Below, piece after piece: positions 40,248-51,840 of a DNA stretch of 64,000 bases. The number at the start of each line of letters is the position of its first letter. Positions within the stretch are counted from its first letter, which is position 1. A program made the position numbers and the translations under genes. The DNA comes from Setoptus koraiensis. Lineage: Eukaryota; Animalia; Arthropoda. The notes beneath the pieces were generated by a model. The model did no database searches, had not been told where the DNA came from, and saw only the letters and a program-made list of their open reading frames with translations. The stretch lies in contig CM106585.1 in NCBI GenBank assembly GCA_048013815.1, forward strand, positions 992,001 to 1,056,000, read 5' to 3'.

Positions 40248-40960
40248 GTGTCGATTAAGAAAGTTCTAAGCAGTGAGAGTTTTAATTTGCTATTGTGTCG
40301 ACAAATTCAACAGTACACTGTTAGGTATGCATAACATTGTCAGTGTATTGGTGCTGGCATCAGCCTGGATTATGTAACAAGGGCGTCGTCTGTGTTTTAT
40401 AAGTATGGCACAGTCACCATTTGGCCACTTGCTGCAGGACACATGTAAAATGGCAACAACAAAAGGCGCCTTTTTTCCGTTTAATTTTAATTTCCGACAA
40501 GTTGACAAGTCACTTGACTTGATCATTATTATTATTATGTTATTATCGGCGCCGCCGTTGTGTTTATGTGTTGGCATAACACACATAAACAACAAATTCA
40601 ATTTGATCACACTGCCGTTATTCGCCAACACTGCCCATAGCTGGCTGTTGTCAATGTTAAGCTTACACAGTTAGCTAACATCATTGCGCAACAACGGCCA
40701 CAGTTGGCTTGTGTTGCGCAATGATAATAACGTGCCTCCGTTAGAATAAAATATTTATGTTAGATATGAATTAGATTTGGATAACAGTGCACCGTTTGGC
40801 CGCTACAAGCGTTACATAACCAATAAACGATAATCGATTCAGGTGCATTGGAAACAAGTTGCGAGGAGAGCATTGGCCAAACAGGATTGTACTGGCCACT
40901 ATTGTCGTGTCCGCTCTCTTGCATTGTCGGTTGTTGGTTGTTGTCAGTTGTTGGTTGTTG

Positions 40961-41006
40961 TCGGTTGTTGCCGGTTGTTGTCGGTTGTTGTCGGTTGTTG
41001 TCGGTT
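40961..41006. repeat. 10-bp minisatellite (YCGGTTGTTG)x about 5
   Basis: Direct reading. Confidence 0.9.
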
Positions 41007-44000
41007 GGCCGGGCAGCTCTCAAGTGAAATATGACAACAGATAATAGTGAAGAGAACACCGTTAGCCATTGACGAATGCATTATGCAGCGTGAATAAATT
41101 TCCATTTGCTGCCGCTATGAGTTTACGCGTTCAGCTGTCATTCATTTGGTGCCCATTCGGTGCCCAATTGGTAGCGTCCCTCCGCCCCCCTACGAAATAG
41201 CCCAATGGCAAGCTGACCGGCACTGACCAGCAGGCAACTGACATTGCTCGCAATGGGTCCACTGTCGACAATCTGTCGTGTTTTATTCTGCCTCAAACAG
41301 TGCACAACAATTGTCGACTTGTCAACAGGAAACGTCAAATGTTTTTCGCACAAACACACTCATTTTTTTCTTTCTCTCTCTCTCTCTCTCTCTTCTTATG
41401 CCCAAATGCTCACATACGCTTACACAGACATAGAGACACGGATAGAGAGAACACTATCTGCATAGTTGCCTAATAAGCATCCAGCTAAATACAATGTGAG
41501 TTTGACAACAAGTCTGTACATTGGCAGCATTTGTGTATGGCGGTGTATGGCAATTGTGGCACCCAATGACAATGTGTCTCATATGTCATGTGTGTGTGTG
41601 TGTGTGTGGACTGTCTAATGCAGTGTGTTGTTGTTAGTGCTAAATGTTACATAACATTGCTAAACAAATACCAACTAACACAGGATAGTTGGTTGGTGAA
41701 TACGTGCACTCAATACGCGCGCCGTGCAATTGTCACAATTGTTTTGAAGATTTCTTTTCAGCAGACAACGAATAGTCAAGTTGACAGCGTCGCACGTTGC
41801 ACTTGTCGCCAGTGACGAGTGAAAGGGGATCCGTGGGTGCCGTTGCACTGGTGTCGTTAAGGGGCCCAATTAAGAGTGAGCGTCAATTGGAGCGGGCGCA
41901 ATGGTGTGTGAATTTGTGCAAAATTCAGGTCACTGCATGCCTGTGATAGGCGTATGTGTTGACATACAAGTAAAAAATGCACGACGCACCGATAGTGATG
42001 CTGTAATTGTTATGTTGTTGATTGCGATGCAAGTTGCAGCATCTATACGTGCACTGCGTGTGTATCGAGTGATGTTTGCAATAGGCACAATGTTTGTAAT
42101 TGTTTGGCACACGATGAATTAGAGTTCACGCTACAACAAACACACTTGAGCTACAGTTACTACACTTAGATGTTGCTGTAACCGTTGCACAGCTTACGTA
42201 ACGCGCACAACATGTCATTGGACGGGCCCCAATTCATGGAATTGGGGAATTTCGAGCTTGTTCACAGATGAGTTCAATGTAGCACACACACGCACACACA
42301 AGCATGCAGCAAAGAGAACAACAGTGACAATATATCAATGGAAGGAAAACCTACAAAAGCATGAGAAATATCGAGATCAATAATCGCTGCACAGCTTGTA
42401 ATGGAGCAGTGCTCAAAAGCGATGCCCAATGGCCAAAACGAAGCGCAAAAATGAAAACTCAGCTAGCGTTCGTTTGTCAACACGTGAACTCACAGTTGAC
42501 AGCACCTTTTTTCAATTCTCAATTGCAAGTTGCAACAATACGCAACACAAACACATACAGTGCAACACAATACAAACAAGCAACACAACAAAAGCACAAA
42601 CACAAACAACAACAACAACAAAAATGATGCATACTCTAGAATAAAGAGAAAATAATTTTACAACATCAGACATCCGATCACAGCGATGTGACGTAACTAT
42701 GTGTAACATCCATAACAAACTGGCAACGTGACGCGCAACGTGTCACTGTGTCGGACAATGGTCAGCCGAATGTTGGTTGTCGCTACAAACTTTTTTGGCT
42801 TCTTTGTGCGCTGTCAAGTTTGGTACTCGACAGTGCACAAGGGGCCAGCTCACAAACGACAGCGCACATTTTGCTTACAATCCAATCAAATCCAAGAAAA
42901 GGGCCGCTTTTTAGCGAGAGTGACTTTTCAAAGTTCACAGTTGACAGTTTGCTAAATCTTGCAAATCCTCAAATATAGAGCCTATAATAATAGATTTTGT
43001 TACGACGACACATTTTTGGCACTACAAATAATCATAGGTGATTACAATTATTGATATGCTCTCGTCAATCACTCGAGCCAACTTGTAGAAACAACTTGCT
43101 TTCATGCCACTAATCACACCTCAGTCTCGGGTTCCGTTTCTCTTTCCAAGCAACACCCAGCAAACAAATATCGCTTGTCCGGTTCCCTTGAAGCAACCCA
43201 ACATGTACCTGACATACACCTGAACAGCTGACTCGGCTGATTTGGGTCTTACAACTAACTAGCACCAAGTCAAAATGGCACCTTCACGCGCTGGCATCAT
43301 GCAGCCAATATAACGGCAAACTCATCAAGCCAATATATGATTTGTATACTGTCATTGGTCACATAAATGATGAGGCTAGAGCACAAAGTTTAGTATTGTT
43401 CAACATTGTTGTTGGACTTCTTACGCTCTCTCTCCTTCCACTTTGCGCTCTAGACTCACCATTTATGTAATTATGATCAATGTGACCATGTGTATGCACA
43501 TGAACACAGCCAGCATTCCTTGTGAGTTGCTCTAAAGGCAATTGTACACCTTCTTGATGGACTGACAAATGTATATAATGTAATAATAAACATTATTTAA
43601 TAATATATAATATGAAGAATATGATGAATATCAATTTGTTGGCCTCACAAGTTGTGAGCAACAACAGCTCTCTTGTGAGCAGGTACAGGCAAGGTTAGGA
43701 TGTTGGTTGGTTGCTGGCAGACAGTGCCCATGCAGGGAATCATGTTGCGCAACAACCATATCTGTTACATATTGCCATCATTAGCTAGCCTTTGGTATTT
43801 CAAAATATTTTGGCTATTTTTGGTCAGAGCTCAACTAAATTCTTGTTTGCGTGGTGCCGAAACTTGCCAATCTTACAAGCTCTTACTGGCTATTCTAATT
43901 TTGACTCGTGAAAAGCACAAAATTCCTACACATTGCATAATCTCCACTATGATAGTATATTGTTGATTGGTTGCTATGGTGATAACAGCATCGCGATATA

Positions 44001-46971
44001 ACAACAATTTATTGGGTCGTATCTCATGCTTCCATCAAATTACTACTACATTACGCAATCCAATACATACAATACATATTGTATGTAGAGATTGTAGATA
44101 AGGTGGCGTGTTACTTTGTTTAGAATTAAGAGCAAATTTAATGTAGAAATTAGAATGGAAAATTGTATTGAAAAATTGATACCGTTGAGTTGAGTCAGTG
44201 AGAACAAGTGCATACACCAAATCATTTAACACATTTTTCATCCTATTCTATATTTGAGCGGCCGCCATTGGTCACAGTTGGTGGTCGCATTTTTGCTATT
44301 TTTGCTGGTTGCCAGCATGATTCATTCGATCTATTCGATCCATTTGTTTCGTGCCATGTCCGTCATCGCTTTGCTTTGCTCGCCTGTCAGATGAATAAGT
44401 TTGAAGATCATCGATACAATAATAATATTTCAACGCCATCTACAGAAATCATGCTTTTAGTTGCGCCACAAACAAGAGATACCCGCCGAACTAGCGGTAA
44501 TCGTACAAAATCAATTTATTAACGTTGCGTAACAATTGAAAGTTACACAAATTAAAATTCTCATTATTCTCTCAGCATCTTTCTATTACACTGATACACT
44601 TCTCCAACTGATTCTCCAACTGGCCATTGCTTTAACTATGTCTAGTGCTCTAAAGAATTTCCATCAGTAGATCGAATGTACAGATAACATGAATAGGCCA
44701 GATAATGTTGATAGGTACATTACATAACTTGTCATCGTCAATGAACACTCCAACATTGTTTAACACGGCAAACAGAACACAAGCCAACACGGATTTATTC
44801 CTAGGCCACAATTATCAATCATTGCAATCATCCTGAGAACAGTCCGAATTGCATCGATAAGTTCCGTCCGTGGGTATAAACTATTACATTGATAGCTTTT
44901 CATTGATATATAAAACTTCAATGTTGGTCACTTAAAAACGAAAACAACAAAAATCGATGCATTTGAATAGAGTCTCATGCAAAGACAATTAATATTGCCG
45001 AACGATTAATAAAAAATTTTTTCGTCGATCTCGCCTCCTTGAAATAGAACCGGTACAAAATCATCGTCAATAATCGTTATTGATAGAACCAATTATATTA
45101 ATCTTCCTGATCACCGTCGATACTCTCTTTCCTCTCATTGACTATGTTGTGTTTAGGCGTGGGCGGATATTGCAAAGGCCGAAGCTAATCACCAACATTC
45201 GATGATGACCAGAATCCAATTGAATATCGCCAGCGATGCTCACATAGCGTCAGAAAGTATTTCTGGCAACAATAACCAGTCATTTCAGAAATATACCCTG
45301 TGATAAGTAAACCTTGCCCCTCCTTCGTCTCTTGGCAATCATAGCACATGTCATTGGATATTTAGGCTGTTGAAGAAGATTTTAGTATGGAAACTATAAA
45401 TCGAACAGTTTTGAGAGAAATCAGCAGTATCGTAATAGACATGAGCTGTAGTGCGTGTTTTCTTTGATCTGTCTTTCTATCGTGCAACTAGTCAGACGAA
45501 GATGAATATTTTAATTTTGAATGAATCTTGATCGATTTTCATTCAGCGGCGCAATTTTTGCCATGCCAGAGACTGTTTTTGACCTCTTTCCCTATTTTGA
45601 TGCAACTTATTTTTTTTACTACGATGTCCGGCACATTGTTCGCCTGTCATATATTCAAAGCTTCAAAGAACTAATACGCCTAGAGAATCCAAATGTCATA
45701 ATAGACAGTATATTATCTAAATATCAGGACCATCGTAAATAATTCATTAAAAGTTACTTTTGAACAATTGAAACACGCAAAGTTATCACGCGAATGCCTC
45801 AGGATGGAGTGTACTACAAGTGTTAAGTTGTTACTATTCCTAGAAGACAACAGTGATTTTTATGAAAGCGTTAAGGCTCTTCTCGTTGACAAAGATAAGA
45901 TCCCCAAACGGAAGCCTTCAACTTTTTAGGAAGTCACCAATGCAATGGTCTAATCTTATTTTCAACCATTACGTAACGATGAAGAATTGAACTTTTAGTT
46001 CCAGGTTCGTCGTATGCATTCGTTATGTGCAGATGTCAAATTCGAGAGGCACTTCTTATTAAGTCATTACAAGAAAGTACTTAACAAAAATAATAATAAT
46101 AATAGAAATAACTACAGTGAGATTGGTTGAACGGTCGCACTCTGTATTGTAGCAAGGTACGCTCACGATTATTATTTTTGCACTCTTTATTTCCTCTTCC
46201 AAATCAAAGTCGCCATAGAATAGAGAACACTATTCCATGAGTCTAAATCTTCTGAGACCAACCAAATCAATTAAATATGTTTATTTCTTGTTCATCAAAA
46301 CCAACCAGTCCAAAATGGCCACCATCATGTGTGAATTTCTCGTCGGGACTTGCTCATGTGTTGTCTTTTCTCAAAATAGTTAATCAAAATGATTCTGATA
46401 AAAGTCTACACATGATTTCGGTCTCTGATAGCAACATATGCACGTGAAATTGTTCAAATTAAGTAGAGGTTGGTGAGAATCGAATCACACAACCCAGTCA
46501 GCGTGAAAATATCATCGAAGATTTTCTTCTAAAGTTCCCGTCGAGCACAAATAATCTCAGCGGCAGAATTGCTCCGGAGCTTGAATCCGCTAAAAGTCGC
46601 CACAAGGATTGGATGATTTAAATTTCCAGGTAGTTCTGCCGATATGAATGGACGTCTTGCAATCAAATGAATCATTCTAGGTGCCTCACAAGAATTTTGC
46701 CGCAAAGTTTTTGCGAACTCTTTCAAAAGAAGCGCTCTCGAGCATCATCTGTGTTTATATTGCTAAAAACATGTGTATGTCTGCCTGTCTGCGTGATTTA
46801 GGCTGTTGTGTTCACTGTGTAAGAGAAACTTCAGCATGTAAACCACATTATTAATACATGTATTATCCTCTTTTCGTCTTGTATATATTATTGAGATGAG
46901 AAGTAAACATCTATAGCATAATAATAATATTATCATTATTATATAACAATAAATCACTCGTCATCAAATCA

Positions 46972-48348
46972 ATGCTCATTGGTCACAATTGTTGTCACAT
47001 TATAAACACTGGCCCCCGGTTTATAAGGCACTCAGCGCTGAGCTGGCTATGGACTCCCATCGACCAGAGAATCTGCCTGTTGAGCTATGGCCCCCCAGAA
47101 AAGTCAATCGGCCACTTTGGTAATCTAAAGGAGAAGAGGCCCAAGTTTTTAAGTGTAGCGCTCATTGGATCACCAAATGCAGGCAAATCAACACTGTTGA
47201 ATCAACTTATCCAACACAACATCAGTTGTGTCTCTAATAAGGTTCACACGACACGTAGCAATGTATTGGGCATTTTGACCTGTCCAGATCATCTGACTCA
47301 AATTGAGTTCATTGACGTGCCTGGTCTAATTACGAGATCGCATTGTAGAAAATTTTCGCTTGAACACACTTTCTTGAAGGACCCAAAAAGTGCTGTCAAT
47401 AGATGTGACCTTGTAGCTGTGATAGTAGATGTCAGTAATATAAGGGAAAGTAAAGCCTTAAACAAGGGTGTCATTGACTTATTACAGGCACATCCTAACA
47501 AAAGGTCAATCTTAATTTTAAACAAAGTCGACCTGATCAAGGAAAAACGCGCATTATTAGACATAGGAGCACATTTAAGCGGTGATCGAACCAAAAATGT
47601 ATCTAGGCCTACTAGAGATAACTCACCAGATGAATCGTTAAATGAGATAAAAAGATCGGAAAAAGAAGAAGAAGAAGAAGCAGTAGCAAGCAAAGAAATA
47701 AAACATCGTCACGTTATATTTCTCGATGACGACGAATATAGTGAACAAATGAAGCTTAAAGAACAGGAAAATTCCCAATATTCACCTGACTGGAATGGTT
47801 TCTCACAGCTATTTATGATATCAGCCTTGAATAATGATGGTTTGGATAGGCTGAAAGATTATTTAATAGAATGCGCTAAACCAATTGACAAATGGAAATA
47901 TGACCCAGACGTTATCACTGATCAAAGCAAAAAGAAATTAGTATTATCTATATTACGTGGGAAACTATTAGATTATCTACAGCATGAAATTCCATACACG
48001 CTAGAATATGAAATTATTGTTTGGCATCAGAATGAATTAGGTACACTGTTTGTTGATGTAGTCATTGAATGTTCGAAATCTCATTATGCTTCTAGTGTTA
48101 TTGGGCCAAAAGGTGTAACAATTGCAAGAATAACCAAAGAAGTTCGTTATGAAATAACCAAATTATTCTTGTGTGAGGTTGCACTTAAATTGATAGTTAA
48201 GGTGGTTAATCCAAAACAATTTGCTCGTAACAATAGTAGTGCGCGCCCAACAGTTGGATTACAGTTATCAACAACAGAATCTAGTGAGTATCAACGACCA
48301 GTCAAGGCTCAATCAAATTATAATGCCATTTCAACAAGTCCGTCTTGA
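46972..48348 (+). CDS. ERAL1: GTPase Era, mitochondrial (ERAL1-like), single exon, 458 aa
   Basis: G1 GSPNAGKS, G2 VHTTR, G3 DVPG, G4 NKVD, G5 ISAL; C-terminal KH domain (EIPY, VIGPKGVTIARI); N-terminal presequence-like extension. Confidence 0.95.
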   Translation: MLIGHNCCHIINTGPRFIRHSALSWLWTPIDQRICLLSYGPPEKSIGHFGNLKEKRPKFLSVALIGSPNAGKSTLLNQLIQHNISCVSNKVHTTRSNVLGILTCPDHLTQIEFIDVPGLITRSHCRKFSLEHTFLKDPKSAVNRCDLVAVIVDVSNIRESKALNKGVIDLLQAHPNKRSILILNKVDLIKEKRALLDIGAHLSGDRTKNVSRPTRDNSPDESLNEIKRSEKEEEEEAVASKEIKHRHVIFLDDDEYSEQMKLKEQENSQYSPDWNGFSQLFMISALNNDGLDRLKDYLIECAKPIDKWKYDPDVITDQSKKKLVLSILRGKLLDYLQHEIPYTLEYEIIVWHQNELGTLFVDVVIECSKSHYASSVIGPKGVTIARITKEVRYEITKLFLCEVALKLIVKVVNPKQFARNNSSARPTVGLQLSTTESSEYQRPVKAQSNYNAISTSPS

Positions 48349-49578
48349 GGTCAAGGCCACCTTGAATGGAATTGGGCCCATAGCGGCAGATATAATACCT
48401 TTAACCTTAGGTGGATCTAGTCTATCTTCCTCTGCAACGGATAGATCATATTTTTGCAATAGTCCAACTAGAAATAAGAAGACTTCCATTTTTGTTAGCA
48501 CATCACCTAGGCACATCCTGCGGCCAACTGAGAAAGGAATAAAAAAATCTGGCATTATCGTTTTATCGTTCACTATAAATCTTGATGGGTCAAATTTCTC
48601 GGGATTATCCCACAATTTTGGATTCATATGGATACCATAAAGATTTGGCAGTACATGGGTTCCTTTTGGTATGAGGTATCCTCCGATAGTGGCGTCATCT
48701 AAGGTGGCATGAGCATTGCCTAAAGCGATAACATTTGAACGACGTAACACTTCGTAAATGGTCGCCTCTGTATAAGGCATATTAGCCAGATCGTCTAGTT
48801 GAGGCATCCTATCACGTCCAATTATATTGTCTATTTCGGTTTGTATTTTCTCTTGGCAATCATTGTTTAACATGAGAAATAATATTGACCATTCTATAGT
48901 CGACGTAACAGTTTCTAAGCCTGCTGAGAATATATCTGTCATAATCTGTACTAATTGTGCATCACTAAAATAATTCAATTTACCTTCTTTCTCATGTTTC
49001 CTTTGCTCGACTATGTAAGCATCAACTAAATCTCTAGCTACTACCCTATCTAGATTATCACTTTCTTGTCTACATTGAATATTTTTCTTTTCAATTTCTT
49101 CCTTTGACTTTGCAATAGTTTCTTTTGTTGTTGTATTACTATTCTTTGGTGAGTTAGCTGTTATATTACTTGATAGCTGGCTACTATTATCATTGTTTTC
49201 ATCTTCATCCTTCATGATATGTTCTCTAGTTGTAGAATTTATATAATCCCTATGCTCATCTGCAACTTGCTGAAAGAAGGCGCTTGTTTCAGCTCTGTTC
49301 TTTTTGATCTTTTTAAAAGCATAACTAACACCAGGCAAAAAACGGAACAAGGGTATAAAATCCACTGGCATTGCAATGGTAAATAATCTGAAGCCTTCCT
49401 GCATAAGATCAATTAAGCGGTCAAATTTTTCTTTCTCCTGATAATTCTTGTATGTGAGATTCATTATCAAGGCACCTACAACACTAGATACGGCTCTAGC
49501 CACTACCGGTCTCACTTGACACGATTGCTTGTTAGTAGCATGAACACTGAGATCACTGACAAACTCTTTGACATGGCA
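48331..49578 (-). CDS. CYP18A1: Cytochrome P450 18A1, coding exon 2 (415 aa + stop; full protein 649 aa)
   Basis: I-helix DIFSAGLETV, ExxR (EVLRR), PEKFDPSRF, heme motif FSVGRRMCLG; KNRAE and QLVQIMTDIFSAG match CYP18A1 as I recall it. Confidence 0.92.
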   Translation of the reverse strand, partial: CHVKEFVSDLSVHATNKQSCQVRPVVARAVSSVVGALIMNLTYKNYQEKEKFDRLIDLMQEGFRLFTIAMPVDFIPLFRFLPGVSYAFKKIKKNRAETSAFFQQVADEHRDYINSTTREHIMKDEDENNDNSSQLSSNITANSPKNSNTTTKETIAKSKEEIEKKNIQCRQESDNLDRVVARDLVDAYIVEQRKHEKEGKLNYFSDAQLVQIMTDIFSAGLETVTSTIEWSILFLMLNNDCQEKIQTEIDNIIGRDRMPQLDDLANMPYTEATIYEVLRRSNVIALGNAHATLDDATIGGYLIPKGTHVLPNLYGIHMNPKLWDNPEKFDPSRFIVNDKTIMPDFFIPFSVGRRMCLGDVLTKMEVFLFLVGLLQKYDLSVAEEDRLDPPKVKGIISAAMGPIPFKVALTSRRTC

Positions 49579-50489
49579 CTGTAAATATTTTGTTGAGAGG
49601 GATGGGAAAAAAATAATTGTTGTTGTAGTTAATTATTAATTAAAATGAGTGGAGGGATTAGCCATGGAGTTGTATGAATAAAAGGAGTGTAGCTAGAACC
49701 AGATCGAAAATAAAAAGGCACAAGTAGACGTGAAGCAACAGCGAGAGAGAAATATGCTGAATTTGCAGAGTTGCTCTCAGAGTTTGTTGCCCTGCCATGT
49801 GAGGAGGTAGTCGATGACCTATGAGAGAAACAGGCGATTGACCTTGACATGAGACAACGCTCGCAGACTGGGTGAGTGAAGCAGAAGCTCGCCAAGTCAT
49901 AGACATGGTAACACATTGAACTAGTTATTTGGTATTCTCCTAAATAACGGTATGCTATCAATTAGAAGATATAGATCAACAGGTTATCACTATGGCAGGC
50001 CAGTTTGCTAGTTGATTAGCCTGTGTGCAGTACACTTACACACATCTACACCAATGAGAGAAACAAGTGTGTGAGTACACACTTGAATACATACAAATCC
50101 TTCATGAATATCCATGTTATATCTATGCTATATCTATGCTATATCTATGATATATCTATGTTATATACATGTTATATCTATGTTATTATATCCATCTTAT
50201 TATATCCATGTTACAGCGAGCGGGCTTGTTGTAAGCCTCGATTGACCGTGACTTGCATCAGACAGCAAAAAGTTGCGTAGTGCTAGTTTCAGTGTGTGTG
50301 TGTGTATTTTTAGTATTGTATCTCTCTTTTTGTCGCCAATCATAACAGCTAACAATTCTAGCCTATTTAGACGTTTGTTTCTACTTCTTTTTCAGCACAT
50401 ACAAGTAGCTCGAGCTCTAAGATGACTGACAGCAGTGAGAACACTGAGAGAGACAGAGAAAGAAAGAGTTGTCAGTTCACACTGCTTAC
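49579..50489 (-). other. CYP18A1: 911-nt phase-0 intron of CYP18A1
   Basis: GT donor (gtaagc) at 50489 and acceptor tatttacag at 49579; splicing joins ...EAKIQ|CHVKEFVSDL... in frame. Confidence 0.85.
50118..50183. repeat. 11-bp minisatellite (TATATCTATGH)x6 inside the CYP18A1 intron
   Basis: Direct reading. Confidence 0.85.
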
Positions 50490-51191
50490 CTGAATTTTGG
50501 CTTCAAGGCCATTGCGTCCATGTATCAAGCTCTTAGCTCCAAACTTCCTCAATATGGAATGTAAGAAGGCTCGTTGCTCTTTCCATAGGGCTCCATCGCT
50601 GTTGACAATACCGTATCCTTGTAATATACGCGTCAATCTAGTATTGGGTCTACCACTGAACACTTGCTGCTTAAATGCTCCCCTGATTAATTTAGCATCG
50701 TTCAATATGACCACTCTAATGCCGCCTAAGAATATCTGATAAATGGGCCCATATTTTTGGCTTAAATTTGTCAATGTGACGTGCAACTCTTTGCCTACAA
50801 ATGGAAAGAAGCCTAATATTGGCAATCCCGATGGGCCTGGTGGTAATTTTAATGAAGCTAAAAAGGATCGCTTTTCTAAATCTTTAGCGTTGTTCTTGTT
50901 GTTGTCTTGTTGCTTGTGTTGATCTCTATATTTTAATTGTTTTAGTTTAAATAATTTAAATAATAATACTGAAGCTAATATCACTAAAGTTAATCTAACG
51001 GTGGTTGCCAATGAGACCATAAATAATTGCTTATTACTAATTACTACTGAATGGGAACCTAATAATAAAGTTGCTGCTGTCTCTTGTGAGAGCATCGAGT
51101 TGGTAGTAGAGCAATCGGTATTGGTGCTGATGCTGGTGGTGTTGGTGTTGGTAATGGTGGTAATGACGCTAATGGCGGATAATGTTGCCAT
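50490..51191 (-). CDS. CYP18A1: Cytochrome P450 18A1, coding exon 1 (234 codons)
   Basis: ATG at 51191 in good Kozak context (acaccATGG); TM anchor, LPPGPSGLP hinge, FSGRP, GYGIVNSDGALWKEQRAFLH (WxxxR; close to the insect CYP18A1 segment as I recall it); ends ATT CAG|gtaagc at 50490. Confidence 0.9.
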
Positions 51192-51639
51192 GGTGTGGTC
51201 AATCAGGTACGTGTAAATTGAGCAATATTATTTGTTGGTTCAATCGTTGGTTTGTTTGTTTGTTTGTTGGTGCTTTGTTTGTTTGCTTGTCTGCTATAGC
51301 TATACATACAGTATATGTGACGAATATGTGAATATGATCTCAATTGATATGATGTTACCTGATATAACAGTAAGTCTAATGTGATGCGATGCCGATATGA
51401 TATGTCTTGTCTTGACTACTTTACTAAATTGTGCTCACTTGTAAATGCGCGTCCAACAAAGTTGTTTTTACGTTTGTTTGTAAATGAACTCAAGTTTGAG
51501 ATTTATATATGGACGAGCAAGTGGCGCCGCGATGCGGTTTAAACAATTATTAATTTAAGGGAAGAATTGGCTACTAACGGTAATGATTAACATGTTGATA
51601 GCGCCAACAACAGCAACCACAACTATTAACATTAGTATT

Positions 51640-51840
51640 ATTACTACTACTACTAGCATTACCACTACTACTACTACTACTACTGCTATTACTGCTATTA
51701 CTGCCATACCACTACGACTACAACCACTACTGCTACCACCACTACTGCTAATACTACTGAAGCTACAACAACAACAACGACAGCAGCAGCAACAACAACA
51801 ACAACAACAGCAACAACAACAACAACAACAACAGCAACAA
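51640..51840. repeat. Compound trinucleotide tract (ACT/GCT/CAA/CAG) upstream of CYP18A1
   Basis: Direct reading. Confidence 0.9.

Noticed and set aside
47298-48640. ORFs 47298-47693 (-) and 48221-48640 (+)
   Set aside because: Antisense shadows of ERAL1 and CYP18A1.
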